Below are positions 42,683 to 54,952 of a DNA stretch of 64,000 bases, one piece after another. Within the stretch, counting starts at the first letter, position 1; each line of letters starts with the position of its first letter. The DNA is from an uncultured cyanobacterium (GTDB lineage Bacteria > Cyanobacteriota > Cyanobacteriia > Pseudanabaenales > Pseudanabaenaceae), in the NCBI GenBank assembly GCA_963703315.1, contig OY969811.1, positions 4,501,175 through 4,565,174 on the forward strand, read 5' to 3'. The translations under genes and the position numbers were made by a program. The notes under the pieces were generated by a model. The model did no database searches. It saw only the letters and a program-made list of their open reading frames with translations, and had not been told where the DNA came from.

Positions 42683-45600
42683 TTAAGAAGTAGCTAACGT
42701 ACGGCGCTTGGTGACCATGCGGAAGGCTTCGATAACATCGCCCTCTTTCCATGTCGAGAACTTCGCCAGAGAGATACCGCACTCAAAACCAGAGGCAACT
42801 TCTCTCGCATCGTCTTTGACACGTCTGAGTGAGTCAAGGACGGCGGTGTGTACAACCTCATTGCCACGTTTGACACGGACATTACAGTTGCGGATTAGCT
42901 TGCCATTTTGGACATAGCAACCAGCGACAGCACCCTTGCCAATTGTGAAGATGGCACGAACTTCTGCTTGACCTAAGTATTCCTCAACCATTTCAGGATC
43001 GAGTAAGCCTTCCATCGCATCTTGGATATCTTCCAAGAGCTTGTAGATAACGTTGTAGTCACGGAAGTCAACGCCCATCTCATCAGCCGCTTGTCTTGCA
43101 CCAGGAGCCATCGTGGTATTAAAGCCTAATACTACCGCCGAACTCGCTGCTGCCAAACTGATGTCGTTTTCGGTGATTTCACCAGGGGCAGAAAGAAGAA
43201 TGCGAAGTTGGACTTCACGCTGAGGTAGTTGCGCCAATGCACCCAGAATCGCTTCGAGGGAGCCTTGGACATCCGCTTTGAGAATAATATTCAGTTCCTT
43301 GAGATCGCCTTCCTTGACTTTTTCGGACAAAGTACCGAGGGTGACACGGCGAGAAGCCATTGCTTGAATTAAGCGGGCTTGACGTTGATCCATTGTGCGT
43401 TGATCGGCGATCGCACGGGCTAGTTTTTCATCAAGATAGACTTCAAACTCATCACCTGCTGCGGGGACATCGCCTAAGCCGAGGACTTCCACCGCAAAGG
43501 ATGGCGAAGCTTGATTAACTCTTGCGCCGCGATCGTCCACCATTGCCCGTACCTTACCAAAGGCTGCACCAGCAACAAAGATGTCACCAACGCGCAATGT
43601 CCCATTTTGAACCAGCAATGTGGCAACAGGTCCTTTTGCCTTGTCGAGGTGTGCTTCGATGACCGTACCCTTAGCAGTACGGTTGGGATTAGCCTGCAAG
43701 TCTTCAACTTCGGCAACTAGCAAGATCATTTCCAACAGGGTATCAAGGTTTTCACGCTTGATCGCACTGACAGGAACCATGATTGTGTCACCACCCCATT
43801 CTTCGGCAACGAGGGAGTACTCAGTTAACTCTTGGCGAATGCGATCGGGTTGAGCTTCGATTTTGTCAACTTTGTTAATGGCAACTACGATTGGCACTTT
43901 CGCCGCACGGGCATGGCTGATCGCTTCAATGGTTTGAGGTTGCACTCCGTCATCAGCAGCAACTACGAGTACAGCAATGTCCGTAACTTTCGTACCACGC
44001 GCACGCATGGCGGTAAAGGCTTCGTGACCAGGGGTATCAAGGAAGACAATCTGTTGTTTCTGACCGTTATGCTCAACATCAACGTGATACGCGCCGATAT
44101 GCTGCGTAATCCCACCTGCTTCCCCTTGAGCAACCTTACTCTTGCGAATCGCATCGAGCAAGGTGGTTTTACCGTGATCAACGTGTCCCATAATCGTGAC
44201 AACAGGTGGACGACGTTGGAGCTTATCAAGGTCACCAACCTCGATCATTTCGGTCTTGAGGGCAAGCTCAACCACTTCAGGATCATGGACTTCATAGCCC
44301 AGTTCTGCTGCCACCATCTTGGCAGTACCCACATCAAGGGTTTGGTTGATATTCGCCATGATCCCCTTCATAAACAGGGTACGAATTACCTCTGTCTCAG
44401 AAAGCACTAAGCGCTTGGCTAGTACGGCGACGGTCATTCCCTCTTCGATTTCCACGGAGGTGGGTTTTTCGGGAATGACTTCGACTTGCTGATTGCGGCG
44501 ATCGCGACTTGGTGCAGATTTCTTAGGCTTCTGAGTTGGTTTAATGTCGGCTGCCATCGTTGGCTTTGCTGGCACTGTTACGGCTTTAGGTCTCGCAGTT
44601 GGTCGAGCTAAAGATAAGCTGATCTGGGCTAGCTCATTAGCTGCGTCAAGATCGGAGCCATCATCATCTTCATCATCAAAATCACGTAGATAGCGCTTAG
44701 GCTTATTCAGACGATTCTTTTCTTTTAGCTCTAGTAAATCTTTTTCTTCTTCTTCCTTAGATTTACCCTTGCGCTTACTGGCTTTGTTCGGCAAGGTGGG
44801 CTTTTCTAAAAGCTCAGGCAAGGCAGGATTAAAACCGCCCGCAGCTTCAGGCTTCTTCCCAGTCCTATCAGCAATTACGGGTTTTTCAGGCGCACGCATC
44901 AAGGTGGGCATCGGTGGGCGCAAGTTGTGCGGTGGTTCGGTGGGAGCAGTGATCCCGCGTTCGATTAGTACCGAGTCTTTGACTAATTTCGGTCCACGAT
45001 TTTGGGGTCTACCGCCAGCAGGAGCAGGGGCAGGTTGTTCCGCAGGCTTGTTCAGTTTTGGTCTTTCAGGCTTGTTGACCTTAATCGCTTCTTTATTTGA
45101 GTCACTGGCATCCTGATCGGCACGAATCTGATCAGACTTAGCTTTTGCAGGAATTTTGGTTTCATCTGAAGGTCTAGCGGCAGGAGGCTTGGGTGTAATC
45201 ACCGCTTTAGGGGCAACAGCGACAGAAGGCTTGGGACGCTCTGGCGCAACAGGCTTGTTTAACTTAACTTGAGGAGGTGAAACGCTCACCAAAGCTTGCT
45301 TCGGCACAAGAGGACGCTCTGCTTTGTCTGCTTGTGGACGCTCTGCTCTTGGCGCTTCTTTACGAGGAGCTTGGTCTTTCGCTGGTGGCTTGGGAGGAGT
45401 TTTGGCGGTTGCGGCTTCCTCAACTGAGACTTTTGCGGGAATTGCGACAGCAGCCTTGTCGGGAGATTTGGGCGGAGTTGGCGGCGCTACTAATTCTAGT
45501 TTTGGCTCTAGTTGCGACCCTGATTGAGGCTCTTTGATCGCTGGGGGGGTTACTGGTGAGGTCAATGCTGTTTCTGAGATCAATTCGCTTTTAGATGCAG

Positions 45601-46114
45601 AGGTGGATGCAGAGGTGGTTTCGGATGTTTCGCTTTCTGAGACAGAAGGGCGACTGGGAGGCTTGACTAACGAGGAAGCAGATGGCATGGGCGAGGGAGG
45701 GTTAATAACAGCAGGTTGAGTAGGTGTTTCTGAGCTAGGCTCAGCGATCGCATTAATCGCATTATTAGATGAGTTAAGAGGTGGTGTAGCTCCTACATTA
45801 CCAGAGGTAGGTGGAGTATTGAGCCGAATCGTGGGCTTGCTAACGGCAAGAATTTGCTGCTTGGCATTACGAGTATCGTTTTCTCTAGGTTTTGCCGCTA
45901 CCGCCGCCTTCTTTTCAGAAGCTTTGGGATCGGTGACCTTGGGGTGATGTTGAGGAGCCTTGATGCGTACCAATTCTGCCTCTGATTCTGTAATTGTACT
46001 ACTATGACTTTTAACAACTATATTTAGCTGCTCACACACCGCGATAACATCTTTGGTGTCGAGATCTAACTCGCGTGAGAGTTCATATAGTCGAACTCGA
46101 TTGCTTATACTCAT
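42683..46114 (-). CDS. infB: Translation initiation factor IF-2
   Basis: [26 protein letters not shown]; long Pro/Ala/Lys-rich N-terminal linker. Confidence 0.97.
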   Translation of the reverse strand: MSISNRVRLYELSRELDLDTKDVIAVCEQLNIVVKSHSSTITESEAELVRIKAPQHHPKVTDPKASEKKAAVAAKPRENDTRNAKQQILAVSKPTIRLNTPPTSGNVGATPPLNSSNNAINAIAEPSSETPTQPAVINPPSPMPSASSLVKPPSRPSVSESETSETTSASTSASKSELISETALTSPVTPPAIKEPQSGSQLEPKLELVAPPTPPKSPDKAAVAIPAKVSVEEAATAKTPPKPPAKDQAPRKEAPRAERPQADKAERPLVPKQALVSVSPPQVKLNKPVAPERPKPSVAVAPKAVITPKPPAARPSDETKIPAKAKSDQIRADQDASDSNKEAIKVNKPERPKLNKPAEQPAPAPAGGRPQNRGPKLVKDSVLIERGITAPTEPPHNLRPPMPTLMRAPEKPVIADRTGKKPEAAGGFNPALPELLEKPTLPNKASKRKGKSKEEEEKDLLELKEKNRLNKPKRYLRDFDDEDDDGSDLDAANELAQISLSLARPTARPKAVTVPAKPTMAADIKPTQKPKKSAPSRDRRNQQVEVIPEKPTSVEIEEGMTVAVLAKRLVLSETEVIRTLFMKGIMANINQTLDVGTAKMVAAELGYEVHDPEVVELALKTEMIEVGDLDKLQRRPPVVTIMGHVDHGKTTLLDAIRKSKVAQGEAGGITQHIGAYHVDVEHNGQKQQIVFLDTPGHEAFTAMRARGTKVTDIAVLVVAADDGVQPQTIEAISHARAAKVPIVVAINKVDKIEAQPDRIRQELTEYSLVAEEWGGDTIMVPVSAIKRENLDTLLEMILLVAEVEDLQANPNRTAKGTVIEAHLDKAKGPVATLLVQNGTLRVGDIFVAGAAFGKVRAMVDDRGARVNQASPSFAVEVLGLGDVPAAGDEFEVYLDEKLARAIADQRTMDQRQARLIQAMASRRVTLGTLSEKVKEGDLKELNIILKADVQGSLEAILGALAQLPQREVQLRILLSAPGEITENDISLAAASSAVVLGFNTTMAPGARQAADEMGVDFRDYNVIYKLLEDIQDAMEGLLDPEMVEEYLGQAEVRAIFTIGKGAVAGCYVQNGKLIRNCNVRVKRGNEVVHTAVLDSLRRVKDDAREVASGFECGISLAKFSTWKEGDVIEAFRMVTKRRTLATS

Positions 46115-46467
46115 TGCTTACTCTGCCCTGCGTAACTGTTGTACACGATGAATTTGAATTTACATATGAAGTTGCTTCCTATCTTTTGCTAGGTTGAATT
46201 ACATTGACTGAATTACATTGACCATAGTTAATCTTAGAAGCGTCTAGCTATTCCTGCTAAACAGGCTAGCCTGAATAGTTTTCAAGTCAGTTTCAATTTT
46301 GAGATGAAACTACTATAGCTATTATTACTCATGCAACCTAGTAATATGAAAAGTTAGAAAACTTGGCTCATACAACTTTGGCAAAATCTCATTCAGTTTA
46401 CTAGCTCTTGTACATTAACCTTAAACCCAGTTTTTGAGAAGAGAGATTTTGAGTATATTTAGCACGT

Positions 46468-46633
46468 AAGTAGCTGGGCGCAATTAAATATAAAACCCAA
46501 AAACCTGTGGCGCACGCTGCGCGTGCGTCACAGGTTTTGGCTCTGGTTTTTAATTATGCCCAGCTACTTAGTTAATTACAAACCCAAACCCGTGAAGTTA
46601 CGCCCCGCAGGGACGCAACTTCACGGGTTTGGG
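46468..46633. repeat. Two adjacent palindromic MITE-like elements
   Basis: TAAGTAGCTGGGC...GCCCAGCTACTTA terminal IR with an inner hairpin, then ACCCAAACCCGTGAAGTT...AACTTCACGGGTTTGGGT. Confidence 0.65.
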
Positions 46634-46891
46634 TAATTTATATCTGTACAAAGTGCTGTATTGATTTACTCGATTGGCATACCTAGATTTTAAGAAAGCT
46701 TTACAAAGTGTGTCTTTCCTATAAAATTAACTGGATTTAGACAGGATTTCGTCAAATTTCTAAGTCCTACAAATGTATTAGCATTTCTATAGTTGTTTAC
46801 ATTAATTTACTTTAAGGTAGGATCGAGTAGTCCCTTGGTGTTTCGATTCGTCTTGTCTTGCCCCTTTTGATCCTCCATTGTTTTGATATTT

Positions 46892-48703
46892 ATGACCAAC
46901 GTACCTGTTTCTCGCATTCGTAACTTTTCGATTATTGCCCATATTGATCACGGCAAGTCTACGCTTGCCGATCGCCTGTTGCAATTTACAGGCACGGTGG
47001 CAGATCGAGATATGAAAGCGCAGTTTCTTGACAATATGGACTTGGAGCGTGAACGGGGGATCACGATTAAGTTGCAAGCGGCGCGAATGAAATATCAAGC
47101 ACTTAATGGCGAGGAATATACGATTAATTTGATCGATACTCCTGGTCACGTGGATTTTTCCTATGAAGTGTCACGAAGCTTGGCGGCTTGTGAAGGGGCT
47201 TTGCTGGTAGTAGATGCTTCACAGGGGGTAGAAGCGCAAACTTTAGCTAACGTTTATTTAGCTTTAGAAAATGATCTAGAAATCGTACCTGTACTTAATA
47301 AGATTGATTTACCAGGGGCTGATCCTGAGCGTATTTCCCATGAGATCGAAGAACTAATTGGCTTAGACTGCTCGGATGCAATTCACGCTTCAGCAAAGGA
47401 GGGGGTCGGTATTCGGGAAATCCTTGAGGCGATCGTCTTAAAAGTGCCAGCACCGAAGGACACGGTTGATCAACCTTTAAGAGCTTTGATTTTTGATAGT
47501 TATTACGATGCCTATCGGGGGGTAATTGTTTATTTCCGCGTGATGGATGGCACGGTCAAAAAAGGCGATCGCGTTAAATTCATGGCTTCGGGACAAGAGT
47601 ATGTAATTGATGAGCTAGGGGTACTTGCTCCTGGGCAAATCCAAGTTGATGAATTGCACGCGGGTGAGGTGGGGTATTTGGCGGCGGCGATCAAGATGGT
47701 TGCCCATGCGCGGGTGGGTGACACGATTACTTCAGCGATCGACTCTGCTGCTGAGCCATTCCCCGGCTACGAAGAAGCTAAGCCAATGGTATTCTGCGGG
47801 ATGTTTCCCACTGACGCTGATCAGTTTGAAGATTTGCGCGAAGCTTTAACTAAACTCAAGCTCAACGATGCCGCGCTCAACTATGAGCCAGAGACATCAA
47901 ATGCTATGGGATTTGGCTTCCGTTGCGGCTTTTTGGGGATGCTGCACATGGAAATTGTGCAGGAGCGTCTGGAGCGTGAATATAATCTTGATTTGATTGT
48001 GACTGCGCCATCGGTAATTTATCAGGTCACAACCAATAATGATGAAATCTTAATGATCGATAATCCCAGTGAATTGCCCCCACCAAATTCACGGAAGCAA
48101 ATCGAGGAGCCTTATGTCAAGTTGGAGATCATGACTCCACAATCCTACATTGGTACGTTGATGGACTTATGTGTGGCAAGACGTGGCGTATTTGTCGATA
48201 CAAAATACATCACCACCGAACGCGCTACGTTAATCTATGAACTCCCCTTGGCAGAAATGGTTACCGATTTCTTTGACCAGATGAAGTCGCGTACAAAGGG
48301 ATATGCCAGCATGGAATATCAAGTCATCGGCTATCGTCCTAACGATTTGGTGTTGGTTGACATTCTTGTTAATGAAGAGCCTGTGGATGCATTGGCTTGT
48401 ATCGTCCACCGTGACAAATCCTATAATGTGGGTCGTGCCTTAGTCTCTAAGCTAAGAGAGCTAATTCCCAAGCAACAGTTCCAGATTCCGATTCAGGCGG
48501 CGATCGGTTCTAAAATTTTGGCAAGAGAGAATATCTCAGCGTTGCGAAAGAATGTATTGAGTAAGTGCTATGGCGGCGATATTTCGCGCAAGAAGAAGTT
48601 GCTAGAGAAGCAGAAAAAGGGTAAAAAGCGCATGAAGTCGATTGGAACTGTAGAAGTTCCGCAAGCAGCATTTATGGCAATTTTGCAATTGAATGATGAT
48701 TAA
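46892..48703 (+). CDS. lepA: Elongation factor 4
   Basis: [45 protein letters not shown]. Confidence 0.97.
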   Translation: MTNVPVSRIRNFSIIAHIDHGKSTLADRLLQFTGTVADRDMKAQFLDNMDLERERGITIKLQAARMKYQALNGEEYTINLIDTPGHVDFSYEVSRSLAACEGALLVVDASQGVEAQTLANVYLALENDLEIVPVLNKIDLPGADPERISHEIEELIGLDCSDAIHASAKEGVGIREILEAIVLKVPAPKDTVDQPLRALIFDSYYDAYRGVIVYFRVMDGTVKKGDRVKFMASGQEYVIDELGVLAPGQIQVDELHAGEVGYLAAAIKMVAHARVGDTITSAIDSAAEPFPGYEEAKPMVFCGMFPTDADQFEDLREALTKLKLNDAALNYEPETSNAMGFGFRCGFLGMLHMEIVQERLEREYNLDLIVTAPSVIYQVTTNNDEILMIDNPSELPPPNSRKQIEEPYVKLEIMTPQSYIGTLMDLCVARRGVFVDTKYITTERATLIYELPLAEMVTDFFDQMKSRTKGYASMEYQVIGYRPNDLVLVDILVNEEPVDALACIVHRDKSYNVGRALVSKLRELIPKQQFQIPIQAAIGSKILARENISALRKNVLSKCYGGDISRKKKLLEKQKKGKKRMKSIGTVEVPQAAFMAILQLNDD

Positions 48704-48971
48704 TACCAAAACTAACCATGGCATAGCCATTGTTAGTTTTAAAAACCATTCAAAACCTAGAAGATGAGTGGCGGCGCGAAGCGCCGCCACTCATCTTCTG
48801 GGTCATACTTTCGTAAGCAATCTACAGGACTCCTGCTTGAGTAGACCTTTGAGCTTAGAAATAATTAGAGCCTTGCAATTTACGATATGATCGATCGCAT
48901 TGGTCAGTTATAGCTGTTGCCAGTCTTGTTAGACCACAAATAAACATTTGCCAGATCATTTACTCCCCAGC

Positions 48972-49223
48972 ATGAAGTATCAAGCCCGTATATTTGTCAC
49001 CTTACGTCCATCGGTTCTCGATCCCGCAGGTACTGCCGTGCAGTCAGCCATCAAGCAATGGGACTATCATGTGGACTCAGTTCGCATTGGTAAATATGTG
49101 GAAATTGTTCTCGATGCCGAAAATGAAACTGAAGCATCACAGAAACTAGATGAAATTGCGGACAAGCTGTTGGCAAATCCTGTTATCGAAAATTACCGCT
49201 TTGAGTTAACGCCGATCGCCTAG
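48972..49223 (+). CDS. purS: Phosphoribosylformylglycinamidine synthase subunit PurS
   Basis: LRPSVLDPAG, VRIGK, LLANPVIENY. Confidence 0.95.
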   Translation: MKYQARIFVTLRPSVLDPAGTAVQSAIKQWDYHVDSVRIGKYVEIVLDAENETEASQKLDEIADKLLANPVIENYRFELTPIA

Positions 49224-49257
49224 GAATTGCATAGAAATTGCATAAGAATTTAAAAAT

Positions 49258-49956
49258 ATGAAATTTGGTATTTTAGTTTTCCCTGGCTCTAACTGCGATC
49301 GCGATGTAGCCACAGTGACGAGTGGCATTTTGCAGCAGCCGACTAGACTGATCTGGCATACTGACACTGATATTAGTGATTGTGATGTGATTGTTGTGCC
49401 GGGGGGATTTAGCTATGGTGATTATTTGCGATGTGGGGCGATCGCGAGGTTTGCTCCCGTCATGCGATCGCTACAGGATCATGTAGCCAAAGGCAAATAT
49501 GTAATTGGTATCTGTAACGGGTTTCAGATTTTAACTGAGTCAGGACTATTACAAGGCGCATTGGTGAGAAACCGCGATTTACACTTTATTTGCGATCGCG
49601 TGCCTTTGCGGGTAGAACGTAACGATTTACCCTTCACTCGCAAATATCAAAAGCAGCAAGTAATTACTTTACCGATCGCTCATGGCGAAGGTTGCTATTT
49701 TGCCGATGCTGATACCCTCAAGCAACTGGAAGACAACAATCAAATTGTGTTTCGCTATAGTGATGTGATCGGCAATATTAATAATGAGGCTAATCCTAAT
49801 GGTTCATTGGCAAATATCGCAGGCATTTGTAACCCACAAGGAACTGTACTGGGGATGATGCCTCACCCCGAACGCGCCGCCGAAGGAATTTTGGGCAGCA
49901 CTGACGGCAAAGCCCTATTTGAAGGATTACTTGAGGGACTATTAGTTAATGCCTAG
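49258..49956 (+). CDS. purQ: Phosphoribosylformylglycinamidine synthase subunit PurQ
   Basis: FPGSNCD, PGGFSYGDYLR, GICNGFQ, MMPHPER. Confidence 0.96.
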   Translation: MKFGILVFPGSNCDRDVATVTSGILQQPTRLIWHTDTDISDCDVIVVPGGFSYGDYLRCGAIARFAPVMRSLQDHVAKGKYVIGICNGFQILTESGLLQGALVRNRDLHFICDRVPLRVERNDLPFTRKYQKQQVITLPIAHGEGCYFADADTLKQLEDNNQIVFRYSDVIGNINNEANPNGSLANIAGICNPQGTVLGMMPHPERAAEGILGSTDGKALFEGLLEGLLVNA

Positions 49957-50452
49957 TCTCTACTTAATTCGTCATGGCATTGCTGAGGAGCGTGGAACCT
50001 ATGACGATGACAACCAAAGACCTCTGACTGATGAAGGGCGTAAAAAAACAAAGCAGGTGGCTAAACGTCTCTATGATTTAGGGTTGCGTTTTGATCTATT
50101 GCAAACGAGTCCCTTAGTTCGCGCTCAGCAAACGACGGATATTTTTGTCAATGTCTTTGGTAGTCCTGTGCAGCCATCACCAGAATTAGCCCCTGAAGGT
50201 AATTTTGATGCATGGCTCAGTTGGTTTGCCGAATGGCTAAGTCAACATCCACAACCTGCTAGAGCTTCTTTAGGAATTATTGGACATGAACCTGATCTGA
50301 GTACTTGGGCGGAAATGTTGATTTGGGGAGAGTCGAGGGGCGTACTAGTTTTAAAAAAAGCTGGCATCATCGGTCTATCATTGCCTGAAACTCAGCCTTG
50401 GACTAGTAACGGGATTCTATTTCTATCGATTCCACCCAAGCTATTGATTTAA
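49949..50452 (+). CDS. sixA: Phosphohistidine phosphatase SixA
   Basis: LIRHGIA, RPLT, SPLVRAQQT, GHEP. Confidence 0.9.
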   Translation: MPSLYLIRHGIAEERGTYDDDNQRPLTDEGRKKTKQVAKRLYDLGLRFDLLQTSPLVRAQQTTDIFVNVFGSPVQPSPELAPEGNFDAWLSWFAEWLSQHPQPARASLGIIGHEPDLSTWAEMLIWGESRGVLVLKKAGIIGLSLPETQPWTSNGILFLSIPPKLLI

Positions 50453-50609
50453 TCAAGCAATAGTTGCACCGCTTTGCGGCGCAACTATTGCAAGGGAGAG
50501 ATATCGCGATCGCCTTATCCATCCCTTACGAGAGATTGCTTTCAATTGTAAACAATTGTTAAGATGTCTTCATCAAACATCAAGTAACTGCATAGGGCAA
50601 GGAAAGATT

Positions 50610-50837
50610 ATGGAAACCAAATTTGAATTTGACGGCAAAGATCTTTTTACTCCGATCGCTTTTCGTGAAGACTTTAATCAATTTGCGCGTTTAAGCGAAA
50701 ATCAAGCTTGGTCATTATTTTTCACAGGAAGTCGCGAAGATAATGCTCTAGGTTTTAATAAAAATGTAGGCAGATTTTGGACTGGTTTCCTTGTTGCCGC
50801 CGTTGTCGAATCAATCATCGCTATTGTGCTGTTTTAA
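50610..50837 (+). CDS. Small hypothetical membrane protein (75 aa)
   Basis: AGGA upstream of ATG 50610; C-terminal TM helix; followed by hairpin 50846-50882. Confidence 0.6.
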   Translation: METKFEFDGKDLFTPIAFREDFNQFARLSENQAWSLFFTGSREDNALGFNKNVGRFWTGFLVAAVVESIIAIVLF

Positions 50838-50895
50838 GGATTCTAAAAATAAGGGGCTGTGCAAAGCACAGCCCCTTATTTTATTGAGATATAAT

Positions 50896-51002
50896 ATAGT
50901 GCTGCTTTCGATCAAAAGAACTACAAGAAATTTTTCAAAAGCGTTGCTTTGCAACGCTTTTGAAAAATTTCTTGGTTCAGGTTTGAGCGCAAAGCGCTGT
51001 AA
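50896..51002. repeat. Dispersed palindromic element (GAGCGCAAAGCGCTGTAA family)
   Basis: Same flanks as 34097-34200; inner loop TTT instead of AAA. Confidence 0.75.
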
Positions 51003-51036
51003 TGCAATATAAAGTGCAATTTGAGTTGTACAGACT

Positions 51037-52641
51037 ATGTTACGGCTTACTGAAATTAAACTTCCCCTCGATCATTCTGAAGATGCGCTCCAATCTGCCA
51101 TTCTCAAAAAGCTGCAAATTAAGCCAGAAGAACTAATTAGTTATTCCATTTTTAAACGTAGTTATGATGCTCGTAAAAAGACAGATATCTATCTAGTTTA
51201 TATCGTTGACGTAGAGACAACTCAAGAGAATCTGTTACGCGATCGCCTCCAAAAAGATCCTCATGTTCTGCCCACACCAGATATGAGCTATCGCTATGTG
51301 GCAAAGGCTCCTAGCGATCTGCAAACTCGCCCAATTATCATCGGTATGGGACCAGCAGGGATGTTTGCGGGATTACTGTTGGCACAAATGGGATTTCGTC
51401 CCATTATTTTAGAACGGGGTAAGGCAGTACGCGATCGCACTGCTGATACTTTCAACTTTTGGAAGAAAAAAGCCGAATTTAATCCTGAATCGAATGCTCA
51501 ATTCGGAGAAGGTGGCGCAGGGACTTTCTCTGATGGCAAACTCTACAGCCAAGTCAAAGATCCTCAGCATTACGGGCGCAAAGTCATCACCGAATTTGTG
51601 AGTGCGGGCGCATCTCCTGAAATTCTCTACATCAACAAACCCCATATCGGTACATTTAAGCTGGTTGGCATTGTCCAAAACTTCCGTGCCAAAATCGAAT
51701 CCCTCGGTGGAGAAATTCGCTTTCAAAGTCGGGTTGAAGATATTGATATCGACAATGGCAAAGTTAGGGGAATAACTTTGGCGAATGGTGAATACATCGC
51801 TAGTAATCACATAGTTCTGGCGGTTGGTCACAGCGCTCGCGACACCTTCCAAATGCTGTACGATCGCGGTGTATATATCGAAGCAAAACCTTTCTCGATC
51901 GGCTTTCGGATTGAACATCCTCAAACGCTGATCGATCGCGCCAGATTTGGAGACTATGCAGGACATAAAATCTTAGGAGCCGCCGACTATAAACTCGTTC
52001 ACCATTGTCAAAATGGGCGATCGGTTTATAGCTTCTGTATGTGTCCGGGAGGGCTAGTCGTGGCAGCAACTTCGGAAGTTGGGCGCGTCGTTACCAATGG
52101 CATGAGTCAATATTCACGCAATGAACGCAATGCTAATAGCGGTATCGTGGTGGGCATCACTCCCGCAGATTATCCAGAACATCCCCTCGCAGGTATTGAC
52201 TTCCAACGGCGTTTAGAATCTCGCGCCTTTGAGCTTGGCGGCGGAACCTATGCGGCTCCAGCCCAATTAGTTGGTGATTTTCTGGCTAATCGTCCTTCTC
52301 AATCGCTAGGTAATGTGCATCCTTCCTATACTCCCGATGTCCATTTGTGTAACCTTAGTGAGAGCTTACCCGACTACGCGATCGCTGCCATTCGTGAGGC
52401 GATTCCTGAATTCAACAAAAAAATCAAGGGCTTTGCGATGGAGGATGCGATGCTTACAGGTGTGGAAACGCGCACTTCTTCACCAATCAGGATTAAACGC
52501 AATGAGCAGTATCAAAGTCTGAATACAGAAGGGCTTTTCCCTGCGGGTGAAGGGGCAGGTTATGCAGGTGGGATTCTCTCAGCAGGAATTGATGGGATTA
52601 AAGTTGCTGAGGCTGTGGCTTTGAGCATTTTAAAAAAGTAG
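51037..52641 (+). CDS. NAD(P)/FAD-dependent oxidoreductase
   Basis: GMGPAG, FGEGGAGTFSDGKL, SFCMCPGG, ETRTSSP, GEGAGYAGGILSA. Confidence 0.88.
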   Translation: MLRLTEIKLPLDHSEDALQSAILKKLQIKPEELISYSIFKRSYDARKKTDIYLVYIVDVETTQENLLRDRLQKDPHVLPTPDMSYRYVAKAPSDLQTRPIIIGMGPAGMFAGLLLAQMGFRPIILERGKAVRDRTADTFNFWKKKAEFNPESNAQFGEGGAGTFSDGKLYSQVKDPQHYGRKVITEFVSAGASPEILYINKPHIGTFKLVGIVQNFRAKIESLGGEIRFQSRVEDIDIDNGKVRGITLANGEYIASNHIVLAVGHSARDTFQMLYDRGVYIEAKPFSIGFRIEHPQTLIDRARFGDYAGHKILGAADYKLVHHCQNGRSVYSFCMCPGGLVVAATSEVGRVVTNGMSQYSRNERNANSGIVVGITPADYPEHPLAGIDFQRRLESRAFELGGGTYAAPAQLVGDFLANRPSQSLGNVHPSYTPDVHLCNLSESLPDYAIAAIREAIPEFNKKIKGFAMEDAMLTGVETRTSSPIRIKRNEQYQSLNTEGLFPAGEGAGYAGGILSAGIDGIKVAEAVALSILKK

Positions 52642-52684
52642 AGCCAATTAAAAAGTAGCAGCAATTCATAAATTGCCGCTACTT

Positions 52685-53767
52685 TTATTTATAGTTCGTA
52701 ATCAATTGATCAAACCATTTCTCAAGGCGATCGCCCCATACTTCTAGAGAATATTCAGCTTCTAATTGTTGCCGACAGGTAGAGCGATCGATTTGCTCCA
52801 ATTGCGAAATTGCTTCGATCAAACCTGATACACTTCCCATTTCTACGAGAAAACCAGTTTTACCGTGACGCACAATTTCCGTTAGTCCACCACTGCGATA
52901 GGAAATTACAGGCACACCACAGGCAAATGCCTCGATCGCCGCATTGCCAAATGCCTCAACCCAGCGTGGAGTCATTAGTAAAGCACTAGATTGTCCTAGT
53001 TTCTCTTGTAGTTCATGAGTAGATAGAAATCCTTCATAATGAATTTCAGCTTTAGGGAAGTTTGTTTGGATTTGTTGCCAGTAAGAGTGATCTTGAATTA
53101 AGCCAAATACCTTTAGAGGCAATTCTGTAACTTGAGCAGCTTCCGCCGCGTCTTCTAAACCTTTCTCAGGAGAAATGCGTCCTACCCATGCAAGGCTTGG
53201 TCTTTCAGGTTTAGCCACAAAATTATATTGTGTCACATCAATCCCTTTACCCATAATCATCAAGCGATCGCCATCGGTAAAAGTATCCGCACAGGCGCGA
53301 GTATTCACAGCGATCGCTTGAGGGCATAGTTTTGCGGTTTTGCTCACCATTTCATCCATTACAGGTGAGAGTGACGACATACTGATCCAATGGGCGATCG
53401 GGCGCTGAAAAAATGGAGTGAGGTAGAGAGGCAGCCAATCATAGGCAAAGTTGAAGATTAGATCGAACTGATCTTGAACTTCTCTCGCATAGCTCCACAT
53501 ATTCTCTAAAACTGAGTTCTGGGGTAATACGACTACATCAGCCCCAACCTTCGTTTGGGCTGATGTTTGGAAATTACCTGCAATTTGGGTTAACTTCGTG
53601 ACATTGGTAACAGAACCTGCGGGTGCAACTATTTCCACAGTATGCCCTCTAGCCATCAAAGCTTTTGCCGCATTTTGCAGGGTTAGCTCGACACCGCCAC
53701 CTACCCCCGATCCTAAAGCGCCTACGGGAGTAGATAGAAATAACAATCGATAACTTTTTTCGTTCAT
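52685..53767 (-). CDS. Glycosyltransferase family 4
   Basis: GRISPEKG, EAFGNAAIEAFACGVPVI. Confidence 0.9.
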   Translation of the reverse strand: MNEKSYRLLFLSTPVGALGSGVGGGVELTLQNAAKALMARGHTVEIVAPAGSVTNVTKLTQIAGNFQTSAQTKVGADVVVLPQNSVLENMWSYAREVQDQFDLIFNFAYDWLPLYLTPFFQRPIAHWISMSSLSPVMDEMVSKTAKLCPQAIAVNTRACADTFTDGDRLMIMGKGIDVTQYNFVAKPERPSLAWVGRISPEKGLEDAAEAAQVTELPLKVFGLIQDHSYWQQIQTNFPKAEIHYEGFLSTHELQEKLGQSSALLMTPRWVEAFGNAAIEAFACGVPVISYRSGGLTEIVRHGKTGFLVEMGSVSGLIEAISQLEQIDRSTCRQQLEAEYSLEVWGDRLEKWFDQLITNYK

Positions 53768-53824
53768 TTTTTTACTTTTTAAAAAGGTCACGCTTACAGA
53801 ATCTTTTACGTGACCTTTTTTTTG

Positions 53825-54952
53825 CTACTTCATTCCCATTAAACCCTTGGTTAGTCGCTTGACGGCGGCTCCAGCCACATCGCGATAACGCAACTCACCA
53901 CAGAGAATTTTGCCCATGCGTTGACTGGCACTAGGACGCTTCACTCCCATCTTGTAACCAAAACTAGGAACGCGATAGAAGATATTGGCAATGCGTTGCG
54001 CCCACACCATATCTTCACCCCATTCTTCTTGAACTTTAAGGGTGTATTGCTTGAGTGCGTCTTTATTCCCAGCGATCGCTTCATCGATCGCCTGCCCCGC
54101 AAACATTCCTGTTAAAAGTGAGGGACGAATACCTTCAGCCGTAAAGGGATCGACAATACAGGCAGATTCTCCTGTCAGTAGCGCATTTTGAGTATGGAGA
54201 GGTTGATTGCCGTCCCATAGACAAATGGGATGTCCAAACTGCTTGATGGAAGTTACATCAATTCCAAATTCTTGAGCATATCTAGCAGCAATCTCCTTCA
54301 GATTTTGCTTTTCACCACCAATAAATGTACCTGCACCGATGGAATAGCCATCAGCCTTGGGGAAGTTCCAAATATATCCATTTTGAACGGAGCCAAAATC
54401 AAAATGTGCCGCACTAACATCTGGAGCAGAATGGGGGGCTTCGACTTCAAGGGCAGCTCCCATCCGACGTTTACGTTCTTTAAATCCTAACCATTTTGCC
54501 ATTGATCCTTTCGCGCCATCAGCACCAATTACATATTTGGCTTCAAAGACCTCATGTTCAGTTTTGACAAGCCAGCGATCGCTTTTCCACTCAATACCCG
54601 TGACACCAGTATTGTCGCGCAGTTCCACACCTAATTTCTGGGCTTGCTGCACAAGATAATGGTCAAAAACATCACGGCGCACCATCCAAACTGGTTCTTT
54701 AGTAGTTAGCTCCACCAACTCAGGATCTCCCATTTGCCATGTGTAGCGAATTTGGTTGACTGTTAGTGATACCGCAGGCGAAAAGTCAAAGTCAAACCAT
54801 TCTTGTACCATCGGCGAAACGCCACCACCACAAGGTTTGTATCGAGGTAGGCTTTCTTTTTCAAGTAACAAAACTGAACGCCCTCGTTTTGCCAAATGAT
54901 AGGAAGATGAGCCACCAGATGGACCTGATCCCACAACAATACAGTCGTACAT
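53825..54952 (-). CDS. Geranylgeranyl reductase family flavoprotein
   Basis: GSGPSG, PRYKPCGGG, IGADGA, GYIWNFPK, DPFTAEGI. Confidence 0.88.
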   Translation of the reverse strand: MYDCIVVGSGPSGGSSSYHLAKRGRSVLLLEKESLPRYKPCGGGVSPMVQEWFDFDFSPAVSLTVNQIRYTWQMGDPELVELTTKEPVWMVRRDVFDHYLVQQAQKLGVELRDNTGVTGIEWKSDRWLVKTEHEVFEAKYVIGADGAKGSMAKWLGFKERKRRMGAALEVEAPHSAPDVSAAHFDFGSVQNGYIWNFPKADGYSIGAGTFIGGEKQNLKEIAARYAQEFGIDVTSIKQFGHPICLWDGNQPLHTQNALLTGESACIVDPFTAEGIRPSLLTGMFAGQAIDEAIAGNKDALKQYTLKVQEEWGEDMVWAQRIANIFYRVPSFGYKMGVKRPSASQRMGKILCGELRYRDVAGAAVKRLTKGLMGMK

